Shown here: positions 53,858 through 63,295 of the stretch, one piece after another | How the letters are laid out: each line of letters starts with the position of its first letter | How positions within the stretch are numbered: position 1 is the stretch's first letter | DNA from: an uncultured Acidimicrobiaceae bacterium | GTDB lineage: Bacteria; Actinomycetota; Acidimicrobiia; Spongiisociales; ZC4RG35 | Assembly: GCA_964474055.1 (NCBI GenBank) | Contig: CAYYRT010000252.1 | Coordinates: 1 to 63,295, forward strand | DNA: 63,295 bases | Direction: 5' to 3' | Translations under genes and position numbers: made by a program | Notes under the pieces: model-generated | What the model was told of the DNA's origin: nothing | Database searches by the model: none | What the model saw: the letters and a program-made list of their open reading frames with translations, nothing else

Positions 53858-54397
53858 GTGACTTATCGCGCCGGAATCGCCACAAGGGAGCGCATCCTTG
53901 ATGCCACCAGGACCCTGCTGGCCGAGGGGGGACTCGAGGCGACAACGGTCAAGGCTATCTGCGAACTCGCCGAAATCCGGCCGGGGAGCTTCTACAACCT
54001 GTTTCCCTCCAAGGAGGAAGTCGTTCTCACGGTGGTCCGCGAAGCCATTGAGGCAGTCGACCCGGGAGGCCCCGACTCCTCCGAAACCGTGGCCGACCTG
54101 GTCCATGCCTACGTCCGGTTCGTCACCTCCGAACCGGTGATCGCCAGGGTCTACTTGATCGTCGCCGTTACCGGTGGGCTCACCGACGGCAACATCGGCA
54201 AGCGGGTGCTGCGCCATCATCAGACACGGGTAGAGCGATTCCGACAGGCCATCATCCGCGAGACCGGCGGCACCTCCCGGCGGGCTGACGAGCGAGCAGA
54301 ACAAATCGTGGCCACCCTCACCGGCTTTTCAATGCATGCGCTGCTCAATCCTGACTTCGACCTGCCCAAGCAGGCCGAGCGACTGCTCGAACGCTGA
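53858..54397 (+). CDS. TetR-family transcriptional regulator
   Basis: N-terminal HTH region RERILDATRTLLAEGGLEATTVKAICELAEIRPGSFYNLFPSKEEV. Confidence 0.85.
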   Translation: MTYRAGIATRERILDATRTLLAEGGLEATTVKAICELAEIRPGSFYNLFPSKEEVVLTVVREAIEAVDPGGPDSSETVADLVHAYVRFVTSEPVIARVYLIVAVTGGLTDGNIGKRVLRHHQTRVERFRQAIIRETGGTSRRADERAEQIVATLTGFSMHALLNPDFDLPKQAERLLER

Positions 54398-55515
54398 TGG
54401 CACGGGTGTACCTATCCCCTCCCGACGTTGGTCCTGCCGAGGCGGAGGCCCTGCAACGAGCGCTGGCGGGTGGCTGGGTGGCACCACTCGGCCCCGAGGT
54501 CGACGCTTTTGAGGCCGAACTGGCCGCCGTCTCCGGCCGGCGGTTTGCCTGCGCGCTCTCCTCGGGAACCGCCGCCCTCCACCTGGCTTTGATCAATGCC
54601 GGCGTGGAGAACGGCGATCGGGTCCTGGTATCCAGTCTCACCTTCGCTGCTACCGCCAATGCGGTCCGATACCTGGGTGCGGAACCGGTATTCGTCGATA
54701 GCGAAGAGGCCTCCTGGAACATGGACCCCACTCTGCTGGCTGAAGCCCTGGATGACCGGGGTGGTCGCTGCAAGGCGGTGGTGGTAGTCGACCTCTACGG
54801 TCAGTGCGCCGACTACGCAAGGATCGAGAGTGTCTGCGCTGCGGCCGGGACGATCCTCATCTCCGATGCGGCCGAGTCGCTGGGTGCCCACTACCAGAAC
54901 CGGCCGGCCGGTGCTTTCGGAGCCAGCGCGGTCCTCTCCTTCAACGGCAACAAGATCGTCACCACAAGCGGTGGGGGCGCCCTCGTTTCCGATGACGAAC
55001 AGGCGGTCAAACAAGCGCGTTTTCTGGCCACGCAGGCCCGCGACCCCGCCCCCCACTATGAACACTCCCAACTGGGTTACAACTACCGGTTGTCAAACCT
55101 GCTGGCGGCCCTGGGCCGGGCACAGTTGGGCGACCTCGAACGACGGGTCGAACGACGTCGAGACCACAACAGCTTCTACCGACGATCGCTGGAAGGTGTT
55201 CCCGGCATCACGTTCATGCCGGAAGCCCCGGGTTGCAGGTCCACATTCTGGCTGACAGCGATGCTGGTCGACCCCGATCTGGCCGGGGTGTCCAGGGAAG
55301 ACCTCCGCCTCCACCTGGAGACATTCGACATCGAGGCTCGACCGGTCTGGAAACCCATGCACCTGCAACCGTTGTATCGGGACTCCCGCGTGTTCGGAGG
55401 CAAGGTGGCCGAAAAGCTCTTTGACCTGGGATTGTGTCTTCCTTCTGGGTCCAACCTGTCGAATGAAGACCGCGAGAGGATCGTCGGGTCCATTCGGGAA
55501 CGCATCAGCCCCTAA
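54397..55515 (+). CDS. DegT/DnrJ/EryC1/StrS-family PLP-dependent sugar aminotransferase
   Basis: Family pattern SGTAALHLAL, DAAESLGA, and SFNGNKIVTTSGGGAL (PLP lysine in NGNK). Confidence 0.88.
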   Translation: MARVYLSPPDVGPAEAEALQRALAGGWVAPLGPEVDAFEAELAAVSGRRFACALSSGTAALHLALINAGVENGDRVLVSSLTFAATANAVRYLGAEPVFVDSEEASWNMDPTLLAEALDDRGGRCKAVVVVDLYGQCADYARIESVCAAAGTILISDAAESLGAHYQNRPAGAFGASAVLSFNGNKIVTTSGGGALVSDDEQAVKQARFLATQARDPAPHYEHSQLGYNYRLSNLLAALGRAQLGDLERRVERRRDHNSFYRRSLEGVPGITFMPEAPGCRSTFWLTAMLVDPDLAGVSREDLRLHLETFDIEARPVWKPMHLQPLYRDSRVFGGKVAEKLFDLGLCLPSGSNLSNEDRERIVGSIRERISP

Positions 55516-55589
55516 GACCCATTCCCCGGCCTAGTGGCCGCCAGAGGGCCCCTTGTAGATTGAATGCCCAAGCGACAGGAACAGGGGCA

Positions 55590-56363
55590 ATGAAAGCGGT
55601 GATTCTGGCGGGCGGTTTTGGTACCAGGTTGAGCGAAGAGACCGCGGTCCGGCCAAAGCCCATGGTGGAGATCGGGGGCCAGCCGATCCTCTGGCATGTC
55701 CTCAAGACCTTCAGCCACTACGGGATCGAAGAGTTCATTGTGTGCGCCGGGTACAAAGGCCACATGATCACAGAGTGGTTTGCCAGCTACCGGTTGCGCA
55801 CGTCCGATGTCACCTTCGATTTTGAAGACAACTCCGCCATCTACAACCGGAGTTCCACCGAACGATGGAAAGTGAGCGTTGTTGACACCGGTTCGTCCTC
55901 AATGACTGGAGGACGTCTACGCAGGGTGCGCGATTACGTCGGGAACGAGACCTTCTGCTTCACGTATGGCGATGGCGTCGCCGACGTCGACATCACAAAC
56001 CTCGTCGCTTTTCACAAGTCGGAGGGGCGGCAGGCGACGATGACGGTCGTCCAGCCGCCCGGAAGGTTTGGTGCGGTGACCCTGCGGCACGATCAGACCG
56101 GAGTAGAGGCCTTCATGGAAAAGCCGATCGGGGACGGTTCCTGGATAAATGGCGGCTACTTCGTACTTGAGCCCAGCGTCTTCGACCGGATCGAGGGCGA
56201 CGCCACAGTTTGGGAACAAGAGCCATTGAGATCCCTGGCGCGAGAAGGCGAATTGTCGGCATATCGACATACCGGCTTCTGGCACCCGCTGGATACTCTC
56301 CATGACAAAGCCCAACTCGAAGGCATGTGGGAGTCCGGCGACGCCGCATGGAAAGTCTGGTGA
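55590..56363 (+). CDS. rfbF: Glucose-1-phosphate cytidylyltransferase
   Basis: MKAVILAGGFGTRLSEET..PKPMVEIGGQPILWH and the WESGDAAWKVW C-terminus are characteristic of RfbF/DdhA. Confidence 0.85.
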   Translation: MKAVILAGGFGTRLSEETAVRPKPMVEIGGQPILWHVLKTFSHYGIEEFIVCAGYKGHMITEWFASYRLRTSDVTFDFEDNSAIYNRSSTERWKVSVVDTGSSSMTGGRLRRVRDYVGNETFCFTYGDGVADVDITNLVAFHKSEGRQATMTVVQPPGRFGAVTLRHDQTGVEAFMEKPIGDGSWINGGYFVLEPSVFDRIEGDATVWEQEPLRSLAREGELSAYRHTGFWHPLDTLHDKAQLEGMWESGDAAWKVW

Positions 56364-57283
56364 AACAAGGCAACCTGGAGGTCGCGGTACAAACTCGTGG
56401 GAGCTACCGCGATCTACTCGCTGTGGCTCGATGGGCAGAGTCGGAAGGGTTAGCTGCCATTGCCGTTCCCGATCACTATCTGGCAGGTTCCGACACCGAC
56501 GCGGCTGCCTATGACAACCTGATTCACCTAGCCGGATTGGCCAGGGAAACGCAACGGATCGAATTGGTCGACCTGGTATCTCCTGTCACTTTCCGCCACC
56601 CCGCGGTCTATGCGAAAACCGCCGTCACGCTGGCCGAGATGTCCAACAATCGATTCGTTCTGGGACTGGGAACCGGGTGGCTGGAGGAGGAGCATCGGCT
56701 GTTCGGATTGCCGTTTCCCGACCAGCCGACCCGATTTCACATGCTTGAGGAGGCGCTTGCCTATGTCCGGGCGTTCCAAGCGGCAGAGGGGTTTGCGGGT
56801 GCGCACTATCAGATCGAACCCTTCGACTCACAACCCCGGCCCCCGTTCAAGATTGTGGTTGGTGGCTCGGGAGCCGTTCTCACTCCGGAGCTGGCCGGGC
56901 GTTTTGGCGACGAGCTCAACCTGTTCCCGAGCTCTGATGGTGATTTGGCCGGCAGGGTCGCCACGTGTCGCGCGGCAGCGGTGGACGCTGGTCGGGACCC
57001 AGGAAGCATCCGGCTGAGCTACACCACTCCCGTCTTCGCAGCCTCGGACGAACCTGACTATCGCAAGTTGATCGCGATAGAAGCTGCCGAGAGAAATCGG
57101 ACCCCCGAAGCGCTCGAGTCAAGACTCGCCGACCGGCACATCCCTTTTGGCTGGGGTGAGCAATTGGCTGAACGACTGGTGCCGGTCAGCGAGGCCGGCG
57201 TGTCGCGGATCTATCTCCAGGTTGGAACTACCGATCTCGCCGAGATTGCCCGGTTGATAGCTCCGTTCCGTGCAAACACCTAG
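56348..57283 (+). CDS. Luciferase-like monooxygenase (LLM) class oxidoreductase, possibly F420-dependent
   Basis: TIM-barrel LLM pattern (AESEGLAAIAVPDHY, RFVLGLGTGWLEEEH). Start is ATG 56348 or GTG 56360, which overlaps the rfbF stop. Confidence 0.75.
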   Translation: MESLVKQGNLEVAVQTRGSYRDLLAVARWAESEGLAAIAVPDHYLAGSDTDAAAYDNLIHLAGLARETQRIELVDLVSPVTFRHPAVYAKTAVTLAEMSNNRFVLGLGTGWLEEEHRLFGLPFPDQPTRFHMLEEALAYVRAFQAAEGFAGAHYQIEPFDSQPRPPFKIVVGGSGAVLTPELAGRFGDELNLFPSSDGDLAGRVATCRAAAVDAGRDPGSIRLSYTTPVFAASDEPDYRKLIAIEAAERNRTPEALESRLADRHIPFGWGEQLAERLVPVSEAGVSRIYLQVGTTDLAEIARLIAPFRANT

Positions 57284-57321
57284 GTGTCGGTCTGACGTCA
57301 CCGAGGTAGAATCGCCTGGGA

Positions 57322-59787
57322 TTGTCTAAGGGAGCTGGGATTCAACAACAGGGCGGAGCCTGTCACGCTTGTGGCAGCCCGGACATCGAAACCGTCTTGC
57401 GTACGGGTCAAATACCACGTTCCAGCAACGTGCTGGTTTCCACGCGACAAGAGGCCGTCAGCTTCGGATACGGAGAGATGGCCCTCTCCATCTGTACCCG
57501 ATGCGGGTTTGTGCAGAACGATCTCTTTGACCCTGGCCTGGTCGACCACACGATGCCGTATGAGGAGAGCCAGGCGTTTTCGGGGCGATTCAGGGAGTTC
57601 CAGGCCGAGATAGTCGATCAGCTGATCTCCGATCACGACCTTGCTGGCTCAACCATCCTCGAAATAGGCTGCGGCAAGGGCGGTTTTCTCGAGACGTTGT
57701 GCCGCCAGGCCGGGGCTCGCGGCATCGGCATCGATCCGGCTGCGACGAATGATCGCCTCGAGGGTGAGGCCGACATCCACCTCCTCAAGGAGTTCTTCGA
57801 CGACAACCACACTCATCTCACTGGAAAGCTGATCTGTTGCCGACACACCCTCGAACACATACAAGGCGTCGGCAACTTTGTTGAGCTGATGCGCCGCTCA
57901 GCGGTCGGAACCCCGGAGGCAGTCGTCTTCGTCGAGGTACCGGACACGGAGCGGATTCTCGATGAAGGTGCGTTCTGGGACGTGTTCTATGAGCATTGCT
58001 CCTACTTCACGGCCCTTTCGCTCCGCCACCTCTTCCGTAGCAAGGGATTCGAGGTAACCCGGCTAGACCGTGCCTTCGACGATCAGTATCTCTTGTTGGA
58101 ATCCAGGGTGGGCGTCGTCGATACGGCGATTGACACCCAGGCAGTGGAGGATCTGGTGTCAAGGGCTCGGAGCTTCGCCAGCTCTATCGAGAGTCAGGTC
58201 AAGTTGTGGCGCGATCGCATCCATCAGCACAACGTTCGCGGCGAGCCGGTTGTCCTCTGGGCAGCCGGATCCAAGGCTGTGGGATTCTTGAGCGCGATTG
58301 GACAAGGGGCGGAAGTGCAGGGTGTAGTGGACATCAATCCCTTCAAGCAGGGTTCATTCCTTCCCGGTCATGGCCACGAGGTCCTTTCCCCCGAGGCGCT
58401 GCTGACTATCCAGCCGAGGCTGGTGATTGTCATGAACCCTGTTTATCTCAACGAGATCAGAGCGGCGCTGAACGACCTGGGTCTTCATCCGGAGTTGGAG
58501 GCGTTGGGTTCTCATCCCCCGACTAGTCACGTCGCCATGGCTGGAGCGTCCGAAAGGAAGCATCGCTGTTCATCTTGCGATTCGAACCAGCTCGTACCTT
58601 TTCTGTCCCTGGGTCAACTTCCGCTGGCCAACCGATTGGTTTCCACCGACCGGGCTGGGTTTCCAGAAGAGCGATACCCGCTTACGGTGGCCTTCTGTCG
58701 AGCATGCAGCCTCGTACAACTGGGCGAAACGGTGCCGCCCGAACTTATCTTCACCGACACCTATCCCTATTACTCCTCCTCTAGTGACTCCCTCGTTGAA
58801 TCGTCCCGGTTGCACGTTGAGTCTCTAGTCACTGAGCGAAGACTCGGGTCAACCCACACGGCTGTTGAGCTGGCAAGCAATGACGGATATCTCCTGCAAT
58901 GGTTTCTCAAGTTCGGATTGAAGGTGCTTGGCATCGACCCGTCACCAGGTCCCGCCCGCGTGGCACAGGAGAAGGGAATTCCAACCAGGATCGATTATTT
59001 CACGACCGCAGTTGCACGCGAGCTTCAAGCCGAGGGTGTGGCCGCTGATGTTGTTGTGGCCAGCAACGTCCTGGCCCACGTGAGCGATCTCAATGACTTT
59101 GTCGAGGGCATCGCCCTCCTGTTGAAAGCTGATGGAGTGGCGCTGGTCGAGTTCCCCTACGTCCGGGACCTGGTCGAAGGTGGAGCCTTCGACACCATCT
59201 ACCACGAACATCGCTGTTACTTCTCTGTCCACGCAATACGGTCCCTCTTCGAACGACACGGCCTCACTCTGCAACGCGTGGAGCATCTCCCCCAGCAGGG
59301 GGGATCGCTCCGATGCACATTCGGGCATGAAAGAACCACCGATTCATCGGTTGTCGAATTCTTGCGGCAAGAGCTCGAGGCTGGGGTCACTACCTTCGAC
59401 TACTACGCCGAGTTTGCCCAGAAGGTGGATGAGATCGCAGGGAAGCTGAGGAGGCTATTGACCGCTTTGAAGTCGAGTGGTGCCAGAGTTGTCGCCTACG
59501 GCGCGGCCGCCAAGGGAGCCACTTTGCTCAACTACGTTGGTATCGGTGACAGCGAGCTCGACTACGTAGTCGACCGAAGCCCGTACAAGCAAGGCTGGCT
59601 TATGCCAGGCGTGGGACTGCCGATCGTTTCACCCGAACGCCTGTTACAGGATCAACCAGAATTCGTGCTACTCCTTGCGTGGAACCTCCTGGAGGAGGTC
59701 GTCGACCAACAGTCCGAGTACCTGCGCCGCGGTGGTCGGCTCATAGTTCCGATTCCTGAGCCAGAAGTCCTCAGCGTCGATCGGTAG
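57322..59787 (+). CDS. Tandem fusion of two complete sugar C-methyltransferase modules (Zn-ribbon + class I SAM MTase + C-methyltransferase C-terminal domain, twice)
   Basis: Module 1: CHACGS...CTRCGFVQ, ILEIGCGKG, WAAGSKAVGFL...VDINPFKQG. Module 2: CSSCDS...CRACSLVQ, AVELASNDG, YGAAAKGATLLNYVGI...VVDRSPYKQG...LLLAWN. TTG start. Confidence 0.8.
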   Translation: MSKGAGIQQQGGACHACGSPDIETVLRTGQIPRSSNVLVSTRQEAVSFGYGEMALSICTRCGFVQNDLFDPGLVDHTMPYEESQAFSGRFREFQAEIVDQLISDHDLAGSTILEIGCGKGGFLETLCRQAGARGIGIDPAATNDRLEGEADIHLLKEFFDDNHTHLTGKLICCRHTLEHIQGVGNFVELMRRSAVGTPEAVVFVEVPDTERILDEGAFWDVFYEHCSYFTALSLRHLFRSKGFEVTRLDRAFDDQYLLLESRVGVVDTAIDTQAVEDLVSRARSFASSIESQVKLWRDRIHQHNVRGEPVVLWAAGSKAVGFLSAIGQGAEVQGVVDINPFKQGSFLPGHGHEVLSPEALLTIQPRLVIVMNPVYLNEIRAALNDLGLHPELEALGSHPPTSHVAMAGASERKHRCSSCDSNQLVPFLSLGQLPLANRLVSTDRAGFPEERYPLTVAFCRACSLVQLGETVPPELIFTDTYPYYSSSSDSLVESSRLHVESLVTERRLGSTHTAVELASNDGYLLQWFLKFGLKVLGIDPSPGPARVAQEKGIPTRIDYFTTAVARELQAEGVAADVVVASNVLAHVSDLNDFVEGIALLLKADGVALVEFPYVRDLVEGGAFDTIYHEHRCYFSVHAIRSLFERHGLTLQRVEHLPQQGGSLRCTFGHERTTDSSVVEFLRQELEAGVTTFDYYAEFAQKVDEIAGKLRRLLTALKSSGARVVAYGAAAKGATLLNYVGIGDSELDYVVDRSPYKQGWLMPGVGLPIVSPERLLQDQPEFVLLLAWNLLEEVVDQQSEYLRRGGRLIVPIPEPEVLSVDR

Positions 59788-59848
59788 GTCATGAGAGCTG
59801 GACCCTGCCAAGGATCTGGTGAGACGGTCGGGGACTACGGTTCCCCGG

Positions 59849-60781
59849 ATGCAGTTCTCGTTTATGACAGAGCCCCAGTTGGGAGGCAGCTATGAGGACC
59901 TGGTCAGGGCTGCCCGCCTAACCGAACAAGCGGGCCTGCTTTCCTTTGCCAGGGCCGACCATTACTACTGGTCGGCTGGCCCGAGACCGACAACTGATGC
60001 CTTCACCTCATTCGGCGGCTTGGCGAGAGAACTCGAAGAGACCCGCCTGGCCATCCTGGTGACGCCGATCACCTTCCGACATCCGGCGGTGATCTCCAAG
60101 AGCGCGGCCACGCTTGACGAGATGACCGGTGGACGCTTCGACCTGGGAGTCGGAACGGGATGGATGGAGGCCGAGCACCAGGCGTTCGGAATTCCGTTTC
60201 CCTCCTGGAAGGAGCGCTTCGCCCGCCTCGAGGAAGCTCTGCAATACATCCGGGCATCCTTCACCGGGCAGCCGTTCGAAGGCAGGTACTACCGAACCGA
60301 CGCCGAGGCGCTCCCCCGGCCCGCGGGGATCAAGTTGATCGTGGGTGGATCGGGGCCCGAGAAGACCCCCACTCTGGCCGGACGCTACGCGGACGAATAC
60401 AACCACTTCGCCATCGCACCAACCGATCTGGCTCCGAAGATTGCCAGGGTGCGGGAGGCGGCGGTCGCTGCGGGCCGCGACCCCGGATCGGTCACGATGT
60501 CGGTGATGGGTCCGGCTGTGCTCGCGTCCAACGCCGCCACATTTGCCGATCTGATGGCGGGCGCCGCCCGTCTCCGCAACGTCACGGTGGAGGCACTCAC
60601 CGAGCGGTGGCAAAGTGCCGGGATCCCCATGGGGACGCCCGAACAGGCAGCACCGGCGTTTGCCGCTTACCAGCAAGCGGGGGTCAGCAAGTACTACCTC
60701 CAGTGGCTGGACTTGACCGACCACCAGGGCATGGACCATCTCTTCGAGGCCGTGCACGCATTCGGCGAAAGGGCTAACTAG
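59849..60781 (+). CDS. Luciferase-like monooxygenase (LLM) class oxidoreductase, possibly F420-dependent
   Basis: MQFSFMTEPQLG, FARADHY, RFDLGVGTGWMEAEH. Paralogous in pattern to 56348..57283. Confidence 0.75.
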   Translation: MQFSFMTEPQLGGSYEDLVRAARLTEQAGLLSFARADHYYWSAGPRPTTDAFTSFGGLARELEETRLAILVTPITFRHPAVISKSAATLDEMTGGRFDLGVGTGWMEAEHQAFGIPFPSWKERFARLEEALQYIRASFTGQPFEGRYYRTDAEALPRPAGIKLIVGGSGPEKTPTLAGRYADEYNHFAIAPTDLAPKIARVREAAVAAGRDPGSVTMSVMGPAVLASNAATFADLMAGAARLRNVTVEALTERWQSAGIPMGTPEQAAPAFAAYQQAGVSKYYLQWLDLTDHQGMDHLFEAVHAFGERAN

Positions 60782-61247
60782 ATAGCGACGCCCACACAGG
60801 CGCCACCGCCATTTCGAGTTCTGGGATCGTCATGGGAAACACTGTTGTGGGTGTGCCTCCGGCAGCCCACACCGGATCGTGGCGCTTGAGTTCGTAGTCG
60901 GCAAAGACCCGCAGGACCCTGGCGTGACCAAAAGGAGGCGTGCCACCCGCCGCAAACCCGGTCGCGTCGCGTACCTCTTCGAGACCGGCCCGGCGAACAT
61001 TTCCTCCACCGGCGATGGCGGCCAGGAGGTCCGGATCCAGTCTCCGGTCGCCCGGAACGAGCGCCACCACCGGCTCGTTATCGACCATGAAGACGAGAGA
61101 TTTGACGATCGCAGCCACGGGACAGCCGATCGCAGCGGCGGCATCGGCGGCTGTCTTGGTCCCCGCGGGGAACTCCTGCACCTCGATCGCCAATCCCAGG
61201 CTCTCCGCAGCCGCCACCACGCGTCGAGAAGCCGCAGGAAGAGTCAT
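60774..61247 (-). CDS. YbaK/EbsC-type aminoacyl-tRNA editing (deacylase) domain protein
   Basis: 157 aa with KSLVF ... GGTPPFGH pattern typical of YbaK/ProX-like trans-editing proteins. Confidence 0.7.
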   Translation of the reverse strand: MTLPAASRRVVAAAESLGLAIEVQEFPAGTKTAADAAAAIGCPVAAIVKSLVFMVDNEPVVALVPGDRRLDPDLLAAIAGGGNVRRAGLEEVRDATGFAAGGTPPFGHARVLRVFADYELKRHDPVWAAGGTPTTVFPMTIPELEMAVAPVWASLSS

Positions 61248-61259
61248 CCCTTAAACATA

Positions 61260-61280
61260 ACTCACGCCTCACGCCTCACC
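61260..61280 (-). repeat. Three tandem heptamers (GGTGAGG CGTGAGG CGTGAGT on the minus strand) in the ybaK 5' region
   Basis: Plus strand reads ACTCACGCCTCACGCCTCACC. Same unit as the 51296..51372 array. Ends 13 nt upstream of the ybaK-like ATG at 61247. Confidence 0.9.
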
Positions 61281-61322
61281 TCCATTTCCCCTACGACCAT
61301 GTTGGAAATTAATCTGTGAGCC

Positions 61323-62071
61323 GTGAGTAACGATCTCCTTCGCATCGAGGGCCTGCGGGTAAGTGCAGGAGACACCGAGATCCTGCACGGTCTCGATCTA
61401 GCAGTGGGGGCGGGTGAGATTCACGCCCTGATGGGCCCCAACGGTTCGGGCAAGAGCACCCTAGCCAACGTCCTGGCCGGTCACCCCGGCTACCGGGTGA
61501 CTGGCGGCCGGATTCTCCTCAAGGGTGAGGACATCGCCGGTCTCCGGGTGGACGCCCGCGCCCGCAAGGGCCTGTTCCTGGCGTTTCAGTATCCCGAGGA
61601 AATACCCGGGGTCTCGGTGGTCCAGTTCCTGCGCCAGGCGCTGTCCAACCGAACCGGCATCGACCTCACCGTTTTGGAACTGCGGTTGAAGGTGATGGAT
61701 GCCATGAAAGAGCTCGGCATCGCCTCGGGGTTCGCCGATCGATATCTCAATGAGGGCTTCTCAGGCGGGGAGCGCAAGCGCAACGAAGTCCTCCAGATGG
61801 CCGTGCTTGAACCGGAGATGGCCATCCTTGACGAGACCGATTCGGGACTCGACATCGATGCTCTCCGAACCGTGGCTATGGGCGTCAACAAACTGACGAC
61901 TCCGGATCGTGGGTTTCTGATCATCACCCACTATCAGCGTCTGCTCGACTACGTGACCCCGCATAGAGTCCACATACTGATCGATGGGCGGATTGTGGAA
62001 ACAGGAGGGCCCGAGCTGGCGGCCAGGTTGGAGACCGACGGCTACGACGCATTCCGCAAACCGGTCAGCCC

Positions 62072-62075
<4 letters not shown>
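61323..62075 (+). CDS. sufC: Fe-S cluster assembly ATPase SufC
   Basis: GPNGSGKSTL, LNEGFSGGERKR, ILDETDSGLDIDAL, ITHY. GTG start lies within TGTGAGC CGTGAGT. Confidence 0.92.
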
Positions 62076-63277
<1,202 letters not shown>

Positions 63278-63295
63278 CATGGCCCTCGAAGAGCT

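Overview
GC-rich chromosomal segment that looks Actinomycetota-like: lpd-E2-lipB-lipA synteny, luciferase-like (LLM) oxidoreductases, frequent GTG/TTG starts, and many overlapping stop/start junctions. I can support about 57 CDS. I recognise no rRNA, tRNA, CRISPR array, transposase, integrase or prophage genes.

Layout:
- (i) 1-3473: PAPS supply module (sat/cysC fusion, SLC13-type permease, CysQ-like PAP phosphatase).
- (ii) 3477-8352: kinase-like protein, M24 peptidase and a small nucleotide-sugar operon.
- (iii) 8281-12822: lipoate/2-oxoacid dehydrogenase block, with lipB and lipA in a single ORF.
- (iv) 12846-17595: redox/amidation enzymes.
- (v) 17614-46170: a large envelope-glycan locus. 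It holds six separate sulfotransferase genes interleaved with GT2/GT4 glycosyltransferases, two NodB-type deacetylases, a WecA/MraY-type initiating transferase, a CapD/WbpM-type dehydratase, a Wzz-like protein with a degenerate BY-kinase domain, SDR epimerases, an ABC-2 exporter and several domain fusions.
- (vi) 46150-49205: cassette of an atypical LuxR regulator, two PqqD-like proteins, an HPr-kinase-like P-loop protein and a GNAT.
- (vii) 49176-53761: acyl-CoA dehydrogenases plus small zinc-ribbon/membrane proteins.
- (viii) 53858-60781: TetR plus a CDP-sugar tailoring set that includes a tandem double C-methyltransferase fusion.
- (ix) 60774-63277: ybaK-like, sufC, sufS.

Most interesting:
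- the apparently sulfated-polysaccharide gene cluster linked to its own PAPS module;
- the embedded PqqD/HprK-like/nucleotidyltransferase/GNAT cassette, which has no visible RiPP core enzymes;
- a dispersed family of CGTGAGN heptamer tandem repeats at gene boundaries.

All functional calls come from motif and family recognition by eye. No searches were run.
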